From the NCBI GenBank assembly GCA_009103225.1, contig RHPI01002503.1, forward strand, positions 1,231,987-1,295,986: a stretch of DNA of 64,000 nucleotides, read 5' to 3'. Shown here in pieces: positions 43,701-61,321 of the stretch. This DNA comes from Chlorokybus atmophyticus. Lineage: Eukaryota > Plantae > Mesostigma and Chlorokybus algae. Made by a program: the position numbers and the translations under genes. Position 1 is the stretch's first letter; each line of letters opens with the position of its first letter. The notes under the pieces are model-generated. The model did not search any database and was not told the DNA's origin. It saw only the letters and a program-made list of their open reading frames with translations.

Positions 43701-46018
43701 AGAAACTTCGGCAGCACCGCCGCCGCAACCGGCAACACGGCACTCCCACCCAACGCCATTGCAAGCCTGTCCAGACCCTCCTGACCCACCTAAGCAACAT
43801 TGACGATGGGTGATTGGCGTGTAAGATGACAACCCAGAGGTGCACTGCAAAGCCAAAAGATCTGCATCATGCCTGTCATTGCAATACCTGAAAACCCGGG
43901 CTCTCGTCGTCTGCACTCTCATCATCAGCGGCATGCCACGACTCGTCGTCCTCGACATTTGTGAGCAGACCCATCAAGCACTCAAACAATCGCGCCACGG
44001 CACCCTGCTGCCGGCGAACGAGCCCGGGAGCCTTGTCGCGCGCTTCCGCAAGTGTCACCACCATCTCAACAGCCAGTTGCCGTGTACCTTCCTCCAGTGT
44101 TGTTGCCTCACCAATAGAGAGCATGGCGCCTGATAACAGATGTTGGTCAGTCAGGTAGCCGCACAATGCTTCAATGCTTTGACAGCAATAAACTCAAATA
44201 CAACAATCAACACAGAACTTAGCACACGGAACAGTGACAGATTTTCTGGTAAAGTGACTCTGTTTCTGTTGCATCCATCAGCTTGCACAATGCTCGTGTC
44301 CTACACAAGACCATGGCCGCTAACTACAAGAGTAATAAGTTGGGTGGCAATGCTGATCATAAAGAACTCTATGTGTGAGGGCTTAGGTGGTGTGACTAAT
44401 CACCAACAGAATGCGAGCTCAGCCGGATTCTGCCCCATGGTCTCTCCATAGACGCTGCGGCTGAGTCTGGCCTAACTTTGTTTGCTAGACATGAATTGTG
44501 GTATACTTCCCATCAACGTTTCAACGTTACAATTCACTACACAAAAACACTGAGAGACTGAATTCTGATATGCTCTGACGCAGCTGTCCTCACCATAAGC
44601 TGTGCCAGGAGGACTACTAGGTCCCTTGCTTACCATAAACAAGCCTTGCATAATCCTCGCTATTTTCAACACCGAACCATGTGATTCACAATGTGTGCAA
44701 CATCAACCATATGTTGTCAACAGGCGCACTTGATTGCTTGTGCGTGCCTGACGCACAATTGAACAACCATAACACGATTGACGTATTTTCACTGTAGTTG
44801 CCATGCTCACAAACACAGCCACAATGGAATAGCATCTTGTAACGGGATGTGTCACAGCACATGTCAAGCAATGCTCACCAATGGTCTCTGCAGCCTGCCT
44901 CTTGAAGAACTGTGGCTCCTGGCCAGCCACATCCACGAGTGACTCAAGCGCTTCCTGCGCAGAAGCCTCGTCCCTTGAGTTGAGGGTAGCTGCAAGCGCC
45001 GCAAGAATGGCCGGCAGCAAGTCGCGGAGCTGCATCGGATCTTCCAGCGCCAGCACTAGTGTTGTGGCGCACCGGATTGCAGCCGTTCGCAGCGCTGGTG
45101 ACTGCAACACATCATACACAAACCCACTGCTCACTCATTGCACGAGAAACATGCAGGCCAATGCCTGTTAACCCGTTGGACTGGCGGATGATTGCTGACA
45201 TGACACTCTTTGAGGGTATGTGCTTGAAGGATGAATTGCACTTTAAATGCAGTAGTGGCTGCATGAGCATTGCTGATTAGGCGCAGAAATCAATGCGTCT
45301 ATCCGGCAATAACAACCTCACATGTACGGTTGAGTGCATAGTTTAGTGCTAAGAAGCTTTACACTAAATCATGCACATCGCATGCATGCATGCAACTGCA
45401 AGACTTTGTTGGAAACTGAATGCTAACCTGGAGACCACTCTGGAGGGCAGCATGCAAGGAGGGGACATGCTGTTCAAGTGACGGCGCAGCATAGGCAGCA
45501 AGATTGGCGAAGATGAGTAGTGCAGCTTCACGCTGGCGATCTGTTGGGCCTTGTGCACATGTGAAGAGGAAAGGCAGCAGCTCAGGCCAGCGCTGGGTGT
45601 CCTCCTCGTCCTCCAGCACCACAGCGGCGAGCTCAGCAACGGCATCGTACACCTTACGGGCAATAGAAGGCTCCGCCTCGTCCCTGACGCTGTCTAGCAA
45701 CCCCAATTTGACGGCCGCCCTAGCGGAAGCCTGCAGGCGGGGCCAGAGGGCGGGGACATTGCCCTGCTCCTTGGTGAGCGCTCTGCGCAGGAGGACGGCG
45801 CTGAGGGCACGGAGCTCCGTTTTAAACTGGGCACCACCCCTCAGGATGGCCAATAGTCGGGCGGCGAGCGCCTCAGGCGCCTTATCCCTGCAAGCATTGT
45901 AAGCCGCCTCCGCCGCCCCTCGCGTCTCATTGCTCGACGCTAGAAGCCCTTCCATCAGCTGCAGGAACGCCGCATCGTCCCCCATCGCCAACGCAGCAGC
46001 AGACTCGGCCGTCGCCAT
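40701..46018 (-). CDS. IPO5: Importin-5 / importin beta-3 (HEAT-repeat karyopherin)
   Basis: Multi-exon. R..[118 protein letters not shown] and ATDNAVSA, with consistent splice sites throughout. Confidence 0.95.
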
Positions 46019-46123
46019 GGCGGGTGGTCACCCCGCCACGCCACCTGATGCTCCTCCTCCTCGCCGTCCTCCTTCTCCTCGGCCGCCGCCGCCGCCGCCG
46101 CCTTCACAGCGGCCGCCACCGCT

Positions 46124-46368
46124 TTTAGGGTTGTTACGTCAGTTCACTAGCAGAATCATGCCGTGATTCCAGGCATGAACTAAGTGAACCAACTCAATCT
46201 CAAACAGTGAACAAACAGCGCTCGACACATTCAACACAGTGAATTAAACACTGGTCGCTTTTCGAATGTTTCTCACCCATGCTGACTGGTGCGCCGTCAC
46301 CATTCACACGTGGCAGTGTCATAGCTGAGGCGGCGGCGGCGGCGGCAGCGACGGTAGGGTTAGGGTTT
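46124..46368. promoter_or_regulatory. Telo-box-like motifs in the shared IPO5/LSG1 divergent promoter and 5' UTR region
   Basis: TTTAGGGTT at 46124-46132 and TAGGGTTAGGGTTT at 46355-46368, between the two start codons (46018 minus, 46406 plus). Confidence 0.5.
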
Positions 46369-46405
46369 GGGGCGGCCGGGCGGCGGCGGGGCTGGCGGCT
46401 GCGGG

Positions 46406-49400
46406 ATGGGAGGCGGGAGCAAGAGGAGCGGAGGGGGGAGGGGGAGGGGTGGGCCAAGCAAGAACGCTGATGGGCTGGGCAGGACGCTGATCCGGCACCG
46501 GTTTGGCAGGGGCACCGCGGCGCCCAAGAGCCAGGCCGCCGCTCATGCCGCCGCCGCAGCGCTCTCCGCAGCCCACGAAAGAGATTGGGGCCCTGACCCT
46601 TCCCGCCTCGCCTCCATCACAGAGCGCAACGACCTGGACGAGCTCTTTGCTCGCGCCACCATGGAGGACAGGGACTTCGCCGCTGAGAAGGACAACAACG
46701 TGGTCGTACTAGCTGCTGGGGGACAGGACCCTCGGTGAGCACCACCTGTCAATTTACGTGCCACATAGCTGTCGAGTTGAAAAGTATGCATGGCTGCGCC
46801 GTTGGAGCATCTGGTGTTGATCTCATCTGCTCTCATGCATATCAGGTGGTATACTGCACAGCTACTGCACATGAACCCAATTTCGCGTGTAACCTATACG
46901 CAAAACTGTGCTAGTCAGTGCGGTGGTTGAAGTGTTATTGGTTAAGCATGGAGCATGGCCAATTATGCACGTCAAGTGGTTTGCTGCGCATGTTTGTTGA
47001 ACGTTGTGGCGCCTCAGGCTCGAGTTGCGCAGCATGCTTGGTGAGTATGCTATACGCTTACTATGTACAACATATCATCACTGGCGTGGTGGTAGGCGCT
47101 GGCGGTTGCACAGCTGACATATGTCAGGTTGTCGTTATGTGCACAATCAAGTATTAACTCCGGCGTTTTACAATATTTACATATTGGAAACCCTCTTTTA
47201 AGTCCTAGTTGCACTACAGGTTGCTGATTCGGAGTCGCTTGCTCTGGCAGAGTTTTCTTGTAGCAAAGTAGCAGTTTGTTTTGGACCTTGACGGTGTCCA
47301 CGTATTTGGCTACTCATATGACCAGAAAGATGGTATGCTTACGGGGTTGTTACAGGTTGATATGGTAGTCATATACCGCAATATGTGTGTGATGGAGTGA
47401 TGCTGTATGCATACTTTACTCCATGTCCTTACTGTGACGATCGGATGTTCAAGAGGAGTGTGGTTGGGCTAGCAACCGGTCATGATAGTGTGTTGCTTTG
47501 CTTGCAGTGGGCGCGTAACAGATGCTGCTCGACGGGCAGCAGAGACGGAACATGCAGCCCGGATGCGAGTGCCAAGGCGGCCTCATTGGGATGCGAGCAC
47601 CACACCCTCTGCTCTGGATAAGCTTGAGCGCGAATCATTTCTGGAGTGGCGCCGCTCGCTTGCTGAGCTTGAGAGCGATGCGCGTGTTACTGTTACCCCG
47701 TTTGAAAAGAACTTGGAAGTTTGGCGACAACTGTGGCGCGTGCTGGAGCGCTCCAATGTGGTGAGTCAACCCTGTCCAATGCTGTATTGCTGGCGGCTGT
47801 GTTTGCATTACCACACTTCGCAAACAGAATACAGCAAACGTTCTATGTATGTATTGCAACAGGTGGTGACCGTGGTGGATTCACGCAACCCCCTCTTGTA
47901 CAGATGCCCAGATATTGAGGTACACATTCCTCCTTTCTCAGTTATGACCTATGTGCACCAGGCTGAGCTGTTTGCTGTGTGCTGATGCTTGATGCAGGCA
48001 TACGTTAGGGAAATAGACCCTCGTAAAAAAATGTTGGTGTTGCTGAATAAGGGAGACTTGTTGCCGGTGGAGATGCGCAGAAGGTGGGGAACCACAATGT
48101 GTCCCCTAGTATTACGTTATGTGCTCCACTGCACTCGTGCATAATTGATGGTGCATGGACCCGCGCAGGTGGGCTGAGTTCCTGACGGCGCACCGCTTGC
48201 ATTATATTTTCTGGTCAGCGAAGCTTGCCTCAGAAGAGGACACAGCTGCACCAGCTGGCAGCGGAGAGTCTGAAGATATTGCACTTGTAACGGACCGCGA
48301 CATCTTGTTAAACAAGCTGGAGGTGATGATGAAAAGTTGTATATGCAATATTGTGTTGATGGTTTGTTTCCTCAGAATGGCTCACTTGTACACAGGTCAT
48401 GGCCAGGCAAGTTGCTAAGAGCATGGGCATTGCTGATGACAAGCCAGTAACAGCGGGCTTTGTCGGATACCCCAACGTGGGGAAGTCATCAACCATCAAT
48501 GCCCTTGTGGGCCAGAAGAAGACTGGTGTCACGTCCACACCAGGCAAAACAAAGCACTTTCAGGTTGACACAAGTTTTTCCTCTCGTGCAGTAGTCACTC
48601 TCATGTAAACTGGTAGCGTGTGCTTGTTTGCTGACGCTGAACATGTTTCATGCAGACTCTCATCGTAAGGCCAGGACTTGTGCTTTGCGATTGCCCTGGG
48701 CTCGTGTTTCCTTCTTTCACCTCGTCAAAGGCTGAGATGGTTACTGCTGGTGTGCTTCCTATCGACCGGTTGACAGAGCATCGCGGACCGGTCGGCATTG
48801 TTGCCAAGCGTGTTCCGCGTGAAGTGCTGGAAAAGACCTATTCCATTCACCTCCCTCCCCCTCTCGAGCACGAGGACCCCAACCGGCCACCAACAGCCTC
48901 GGAGTTGCTACGTGCATATTGCGTCGCTCATGGATGGTATGGGAATGGCGGGTTGCCTGATGAGACAAGGTCCTCTCGGCAGGTACTTTATTGCATTACT
49001 AATGGTGGTCAGCATGCTTTGTTGGATTGAACTGCGATGGTGACTGCAATGCAGTCATGGCGCCTTTGCTGCAGAGTGTTATTGACATACTGCTTGGTCA
49101 TGTGCTCAGCTTCTCAAGGACTACTTGTCTGGCAAGATTCTGTACTGCCATCCGCCCCCATCGCCGGAAGAAGAAAATTCCGAAGATTTTCCCCCGGAAT
49201 CCAATTACCTCGAGCCGGATGAGGTACACATTATCGTCTGGAAGATTCTGTGATGGCTTTTGCTCATGCTGTGGTTGCAGGAATGGGACAGTGAAGATGA
49301 ATGGGAGGAAGAGTGGGAGGAGGTTGAGGACCCTGATGCCCCAGGCACTTCCGGCCTCAAGGCTAAGCAAGCCAGTGCTACAGAGAAGGATAAGGAAGAT

Positions 49401-49535
49401 GGGACGGCAATCAGCGAGACCTCTGAAGTGTTGACTCGTGCAAATGGTCAACCTGTTCGCGCTTTGCACAAGTTTCAGAAGAAGCCACCTCGTAGAAAAG
49501 ATAGGAGTTGGCAAGGCGCATCACCGTATGCTTAA
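46406..49535 (+). CDS. LSG1: Large-subunit GTPase LSG1 (circularly permuted GTPase)
   Basis: Nine exons. LGRTLIR, TPFEKNLEVWRQLWRVLERS, VDSRNPLLYRC, G4 LLNKGD ahead of G1 GYPNVGKSSTINAL, TPGKTKHFQT and G3 LCDCPGLVFP, then LLKDYLSGKILYCHPPP. Confidence 0.95.
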
Positions 49536-50341
49536 TGCAGTTGCATACTGTCAACATGTGGTGTAGTCTTCTTGTGCGTTGGTTTGTTCTCAACCACTTG
49601 CCTCAAGGCAGCATGTCCCAGTTGCGGCATTACTGGCATGCCTGTCTGCTTAGACAGCAACCAGGCAATGCAGCATGGGGTTTCAATATGGTCGGAGCAA
49701 GCCAGCACATCTCTGGCAAAAATGCGCGTGACAAGCACTCATTTATACAGTGCAGCTGTGGGTGGGCACCTCAGAGAGCCATTTCAGAAGATAATCTGTG
49801 ACATGACCCCCCAGCTAAGCAACTTTGCCTACGAACAGCATTTTGATGTTGTACATTATACACCACATTCATTCCACAAGGTTTAACTCTATTAGAGCAT
49901 GCTGAGCAGTTGCAGTGAGTGCCAAGCTGCATGCATCAATGAGCACAGCCATACTGCAAAGAGCTAACTGTCGCAATGAGAGAATAAAGGTCAGTGTGAC
50001 GGAGCCAATGGCATGCACATGTTCTTACCCATGACACACCAAGGGCAATATTCTCGAGGCACGCAATGGATGTTTTGATGGATTGTTGTGCCAGTCCAAC
50101 TGCATCGCTGATGCCATTGCCCCTTGCAATTGGACCTATGATCACTGACTCGCATAAAAATGCCATACTGACCGCAATCGAATTACCAGCCACATGCGTG
50201 CTGTTTTCTGTGTCCACACAGTGCCGTCATAAAGTACATTGTTTGGGGTAGTTCGCACCCTCCCTACTAGCCAGTAGTACTTACAAACGAGCCGTCGCTG
50301 CCTACCATGCCCTACCTGCTGCTGTTTGTCCCTTATTGAGG

Positions 50342-50961
50342 TTAGAAGGACTTGGACAGCTCCTGCACCTCATCGAGGGTGATGGACTGCTCTTTGCCGG
50401 CAAAGCCGTTGTCCTCGGTGAGGAAGAGCATGCAGTGGCACTCCTTACGCTCCCGCATGGGCACACAGGGGCAGTTCCAGAAACCCGCCTCAGCCTCCAG
50501 CTTCTTGTCGTCGTAGTGCCTGCACGGGCAAAGCGGCGCCCCCAGACTGTCGCGATGCTCTGCCAAACCCTACAAACACAAAAAGGTGTACATTTGTCTC
50601 GATGTGTCGTATCAAACAACAAGCTCAGCATGTTGCCATTGCTGAGCCTAGCTAACGACTCTGAGGCAAGGTGTTGTTCAAGGCAGACAAGACCACCGAC
50701 AATGCCTACCTGCACTACGACGGCGGTGACGCCCTTGTCTACGCAGAAGTAGGTGCCGGAGCGTTTGGCGTATTGCTCGCTGAACTTACGCATGGCTTCA
50801 AGGGAGGCCACCGAGGCTCCGGCCTTGCCCGTGCCGGCGTCAGCCGCCTGCATGCGCACGCCCGTTCGCGCCTTGACCTTCCCGTTAGTCGAGCGCAGGC
50901 GCTGGAGTCCTCCCAAGGATGACGGCACCACAAGGCTAGCAGACACCATGGTCGCCGCCAT
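50342..50961 (-). CDS. FTRC: Ferredoxin-thioredoxin reductase catalytic subunit
   Basis: Exons 50961-50710 and 50569-50342. MRKFSEQYAKRSGTYFCVDKGVTAVV, with Fe-S and disulfide motifs CPCRHY, WNCPCVPMRERKECHCMLFL. Confidence 0.96.
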
Positions 50962-51670
50962 CGCTGCCGCTACCGCCGGCGCTGCCTACGCACCCACAGT
51001 ATCGTCGGAGTGAGTCTAGGGTTTGCGCAATACCCACGCTTCGCAGTCGCGGGTGCATCCACAACCGGCAGCTATCTCCGGCGGCAAAGCCTGAAGGGAA
51101 GTAAACGGGTGCTTTCACGCTGCGTGTGGGTGGCTTGCAGCTATGCAAATTGGTTCTGGCAGGCTGTTCTGACACGCTTGCTGCGCGCGCATATAAGAGG
51201 ACAGTTCATAGTACCATTATAATGAACTGTGGAAACAATTTCCACAAGCCAACTCACGTGAGAGATACGGTGAAGCAAGCTTATAGGATGTTGTATGCAA
51301 GCATGCAAGCAGTCCATGAAAAGCATGCAAGGCACATGGATAAAGAGGAGCCAAGACAGAGTTCAGAGTTCATGCTTAGCAAATGCCAGGTAGTAGGCAT
51401 GCGTAGCTAGTTGCTTCCATGCGTCCATGGCTTGCACATGGATCGACCAACGTTGTGCCATGCATGCGACATGCAGTGCATGTTGGTCGCAAACAGCCTG
51501 GATTACCACTGCGACAGTGCAAGCAAGGCTACACTAGAGAAGCAGTTGAGTCACAACAAGCAAACGTAAGCAGCGCGCAGCATGTCATGCTAACAAATAG
51601 CTGTAAACACTAGCAGCAGGCGATAGAAACAACGCCATCCGCAAGCCTGTGATAGAGCCTGTGGCACAAC

Positions 51671-53007
51671 TCATTTGAGAAAAGTTGCTGTGGCCCAAAG
51701 CGTGACGAAGGAAAAGAGCGCGCAGATAGTTTCTGGGGAGAGTGCAGGGGGGAAAATTGCCGGGATGTACACGGGGATCAGCGTGCCAACAAGCCATCCC
51801 GCAACCAAAGCGCCAAACCTGCAAATAATGACAAGTGCTTAACTACAATGCATGATGACGATGGTACCAATGCCGTGAGCCACATGCGCACACTCGAGAT
51901 AGGCATGCAGCACTGGATGCTACTGCAGTGATGCTTACCCGAACCCAAATGCACGCAAGAGATCTTTGCTGCCTGTCTTTAGGTGGATGAAGTATACGCA
52001 CAGGAAAAACGCCACAGCAACCTGCATGCCGGCGCATGAGTGAACTTGCATTGCTTAATCCCAAGTGTATCTACTCCAAGGCATGAGACGCACGATGCCA
52101 CGCACAATGCGCAAGAACGAAAGCACAACAAATCTTGTTTACCTGGAAAGCAGGCCCTGAGGCGGCGGCTTGCATGAGTGACCAGACCGCAAGGAAGATG
52201 TAGAGGAAAGTGCGCTGGAAAATAATTTGCTTTGAAGGCTTGTCCAGCATCTTCTGAAACCGCTCCGCCCACGCAGGCCCAGTGGCGCCTTCCTTGTCGC
52301 GCTTGGACCGGTCTGAGAGCTTTGACTTTTGACGTGACCTCAGTCGCTGGGAGATGATTCTATCGAAAGCCTGCACATTGTTTGACGTACAAACTCAGCT
52401 AGGTACTGCATGCAATACAAAGACCAAAGAGCTGGCACAGAGGCAAGATACAACACGTCACTAAGGAAAGAACACTTTGCCGCAATGCATGAAAGGAACA
52501 GTACAGCACATGCAAGTAATGCGATAACCAAGCGAGCAAGTGCATGCCATAGGAAATGGGCAAGCTGACCTGCTCAACGGCTTCTACTGAGGGACGGTGC
52601 ATGGCATACTCGCGCACGAGGTAGTTACGAGCATCCTGCACTTCCTCGCTGGAGGCATCCTCGCCAACGCCCAGCCTCCTGTAAGGGTCCCGCTCGTTGC
52701 GCAGCGGGTATTCCACCACGGCGGCCTCCTCCCAGCCCTCGCTCCCCCCTGACGGAGCGCCTGCCATGGACGCCCTCACCATAATGAACCTCCCAGACGG
52801 CCTGGACCTCGCTGAAGATAACCTCGCCCTCCATGCCGCCGCCGCAAAGCCACGTCCTGGCAGCCTGCTACTCTGCTCTGCTGGTCGCCAAGCTCTTACT
52901 CTGCTGCTGGTGCTGCTGCTGGTGCTGCTTGTGGCGGCGCTGCTGCTTCTAGCGGCATTGCTGCTAAAACTCAGCGCAGGCGAGCGCACAGCTACTGCAG
53001 CTGCCAT
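51671..53007 (-). CDS. CPP1: CPP1-like (chaperone-like protein of POR1, DUF3353 family)
   Basis: Four exons. J-like segment DPYRRLGVGEDASSEEVQDARNYLVREY...EQ|AFDRII..RL, followed by hydrophobic helices ending WATATFLK*. Confidence 0.8.
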
Positions 53008-53209
53008 GGCGTTCCTCCCTGCCACGGCGCCACCCACGCCGCCACTGCCGCCACCACCACCGACGCCGCCGCCGATTAGGGCTTCTTGGATCACCCTAAT
53101 GCAACGAACGTTGATCTGAACGTTACGGGTACCTTGCCAGCCTTATCCGACAATCGTAGCGTCTGAGCCTGGAAAGTGCCAACTTCTTGCAGAAGTTTGC
53201 AAGCTTCCT

Positions 53210-53275
53210 CTCACTCTCTCTCTCTCGCTCGCTCGCTCGCGCGCGCGCGCACTCTCTCGCTCTTGGTTCGCTCTC
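53210..53275. repeat. Compound microsatellite (CT)n(CGCT)n(CG)n
   Basis: CTCTCTCTCTCGCTCGCTCGCTCGCGCGCGCGCGCACTCTCT upstream of the CPP1-like gene. Confidence 0.85.
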
Positions 53276-54321
53276 TCAATCAGGCTAAGTACTCATACAT
53301 GTGAGTGCACATGTTTGCAATGCTATACCCTACATGTTTTCACAACGCTTAAGTAATAATCATTAAGCTTTATCATGACCATTCAAAACTTTATCACGTA
53401 ATCAGTTGATGTTTAGGATTAGTTCAATCTGTTAATAAACCAAAAAAACTTTGTAACGATTGTACGATTGCTCGTTTCTGCAATGTGAAACTTACACTTT
53501 CTACGAGCTCGTTTCACACATGTGCATGCATTGTTCACATGATTTGTTGCTATGTCAACTCTGCTTAATGCGAACATTAGCGCAATGCAACATTTACATA
53601 ACCATGTTCGACTACCCATGTTTGGACTTAAACATGGCTACCTAATTAGCTATGAATATGGCTCGATTGTATGCTACGAGCAGGATTAAGGGATGTTGTA
53701 CAATTATGCCGAAAGTGCACTAACCATTTTACAATTTTGCTATGGATTACGTTTGTATAATCTTTGCAACTTTCTATCCGTGTCCGCTTGGTTGCATTCT
53801 GGCCCCTTCAACCCTAAATATTGCCATAAATTACAACATGTATTGCGTATTGGTATGCGTACACCAAGACAGCTTTGCCGACCAATTTGCATTCCCCTAC
53901 AACTCATCCAACACATGCAAAGCCTGTCGCAAGGCTCATACAATTCTACATCGACTCAAGAAGCACACCATGGCATGTCCTGGCACACACGACATGGCAT
54001 GGTGTGAGTGAGGTCATGCATGTCGTCAACTACTGCCAGCATATCCTGTACACATACCATTTTTGTACTTTGAAGTACTCTACATACGGATGATGTGACT
54101 AGCCTGCTTGAAGCGCCATTGGTTGGTATGTGATTTGCGTCGACAATGTTCACATCGACTGGACCAACTTGTTTGTGACAACAAGGTCCACACAAACCGG
54201 TATCACTGCAATTCGCACACTGTGTACTACTGGTACTACAACCCAACAAACAGCAGCGCGCGCTCGCCTCATAGCTACTTACAAGTGCAGGAGAGAACAG
54301 ACTCGCGCCAGCATAAAGGCA

Positions 54322-56254
54322 TCAATGAAGGACGCCCCACGCATGCAACACTCCAGAGCCTGTGGCAGTCTCAAAGAACAGCAGGAGTATGACAGCGAGG
54401 ATGGCCACGCGGCCATTCCACGTTTCAGCACTGCGCGTGAATCCCCATTCCCACATCGTAACTGGCGGCGGGAGCTCTCTCCTGCCTTTATCGTACGTGC
54501 CAAGCAGCTCCTCCACGCTAGCAGGACCCCTTTCACCAAACTTGGACTCAGCTGCGGGCTGCATGGCCCCCGCATAAGGCAGCGCGGCCACAACCGCAGC
54601 AGCCAAATCATCAATAAACACGGGATTGCACCCAAGCGCGGGCACACGCCCCCACTCCTGGATGCCGGACTCCAACGCTAGCTCTCTATACTCCATGTCA
54701 ATCTCCTCAAGTGTTTCAATGTGTTCGGAAACAAAGGAGACAGGCACGGCCAGAAGAGCCTTCGTCCCCGCGGCCCCGAGCTCCTTGATGGTTGTGTCCG
54801 TGTAGGGCTGAAGCCACTCCACGGGTCCCACACGGCTTTGGTATGCCAGCGTGGCGGGGTTCAACCTGCCTCTGGTCTTAAGTTCCGCCATGATAAGGTC
54901 CACGCACTCCTCCATCTCGGCCTTGTACGGGTCGCCGGCCTCGGTGACATAGCTGACGGGCACGCCATGGGCGCTGAAGAAGATGCGCACTCCCTCAGGC
55001 TCGGGGAACTCCAGAAGCTTCTGCTCAATGAGATCCGCCATGGCCGTGACATACCCGCGACGCTGGTACCAACTGGGGATGACTGTGTGCGCCATGCGCG
55101 CTAGGACGGGATCATCCCTGAACAGCTCCTCTAGCAGCCTCAAGCTCGACCCACTCGTGCTGATGCTGAACTGCGGATATAACGGGAGCACGACTAGCCG
55201 TGTCACGCCGTCCTGCTTGATCTTTGTAATAGCCTCCTCAGTGAACGGGTGCCAGTACCGCATACCAACATACGTCTTCACGTCCTTCAACCCAAGCGCC
55301 TGTAACGACCGCGCCAGCGCCACCCCCTGCTCCTCTGTTATTCGCCTTAACGGACTCCCGCCACCAATTGCAGCATACCTGTCATGTGCACAGCAACGAG
55401 GTTAGCGCTCTGCTGCTGATATACGCACACGCACAACTGCACTCGAAAGCACAGAGGCACTGTGTGCGAAGCGCTATGCAATGCATGCAGCATGCCATGA
55501 CGAATTTGCAACCAAACAGACATTGCACACACAGCAACCACAAGTGCATGCAACCATCACAATCATTGCATTCCAACTGCGTAACATTTGACACACAACT
55601 GCTGAAATTATGTGGTCATGTATGCACCAGTGCTGTGAAACGGATGTTGCACACATGCGCGCGCAAAAGCAAAAGCACTACTGAAACTGTGCATGTGACG
55701 ACATCTCCTATGGATATATACAGTCGTAAACAACGCTACCAATCACACCAAAAATGCATCCAATGTGGAACCCTTGTTTGTATTCACATTACAACTCACC
55801 CTTCTTTGGATTTGGGTGCCCTGAGAGTGCTGATCAGAGCGGCGAGTGGCTTTTGCAGCCAGGAGAGCGCCTTGGGGAGGCGGATGATATCGGGATCGGC
55901 AAAAAGGTTGAAGAGAAAAGGCTGAACATCTTGCAGCGTCTCAGGACCGCCTAAGTTCAGCAGCAGCACACCAACCCTAGAGTACGAGTTGAGGTCTGCT
56001 GCAAATGAGGAGGAGGGGGAGGAGGAGGAGGAGGACGGCAAAGCAGCCCCGGCCACAGCCTCTGTCCTACACCGCCCCCTTCCCACCGCCGCTTTCAGCC
56101 TCACCGCCGCCGCAGGGTGGTCTGCTCTTCTCCTCCACCGCCGCCGGAGGGACCTGCCGCTGGACCTCGCAAGCCGAAGCTCCTGTGGCCGGCAGCTCGC
56201 AGCGCTCTCGCGGAAGGACACGGACGTGCACCAGGCCGCTACGCCCGCAGCCAT
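54322..56254 (-). CDS. FC2: Plastid ferrochelatase with C-terminal CAB/LHC motif (FC2-type)
   Basis: Exons 56254-55800 and 55378-54322. [72 protein letters not shown] and C-terminal [17 protein letters not shown] plus a hydrophobic helix. Confidence 0.96.
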
Positions 56255-56565
56255 CCCCGCCTTCTCCTGCCGCCGCCGCTGCCGCCGCCTGCCAACCCGA
56301 CAAGCACCTTAGACTGCCACGTGGGCTGCCAGCATCACGATCAACCCAACCAGATCACATAAGGTCGTTTTCGACCCGGCTCGCTAGAACAGCATCAGTA
56401 AGCCCGGATCGCTGGACCCGGACTTTCCACCTGCTGCGCTTGTTGTTGTGCGCGTCGAGGTGAGCGTTGGCGGCGTCGTGGTGGATGAGGGTTTTGTTTG
56501 GGGCGGTGTAGTTTGGAACTGGTATGATGTGAGGTGAGGTGCTGGCTTGCGGGGGTTCCTGCTCT

Positions 56566-60840
<4,275 letters not shown>

Positions 60841-61321
60841 TTGCCAGTCTATCCTGAGCGCCACCTGTCTGCTGCTTTCTGTGATGCTGGGCACTGATGA
60901 TGTGTGCTGGGCCTAAAGCAAATATTCACTCGCGCAAATGCATGGCTTTGTCAAGTTCGGATCTTCGCAACGGAGAGAGGTTTCACTGTGAAGAGACAGC
61001 AAACCTGAACACTGCATCTCACAGAAGTGACCACACAAGACAACCACTCCACAAAGGGCACAACTGCGCAGAAGAAGCAACCTCACCATGTACATTCCAT
61101 GCGACACAGACTCGCTGTAACATCATTTCGTGAATGCTGCTCTTCTATGACACTAGCAGGACAAGTACACTCCTGGTATCCACATTAACTGCGGGCCATA
61201 ACACTGTTGGGAGGGGGGCTATCAGCTACAAACGATGCCAAACACATATTTCCACTACCGCAAACATGAATGTAATGTTGCACGGTGGTCATACCCAACA
61301 GTTACACATGTTGCTGGGTCA

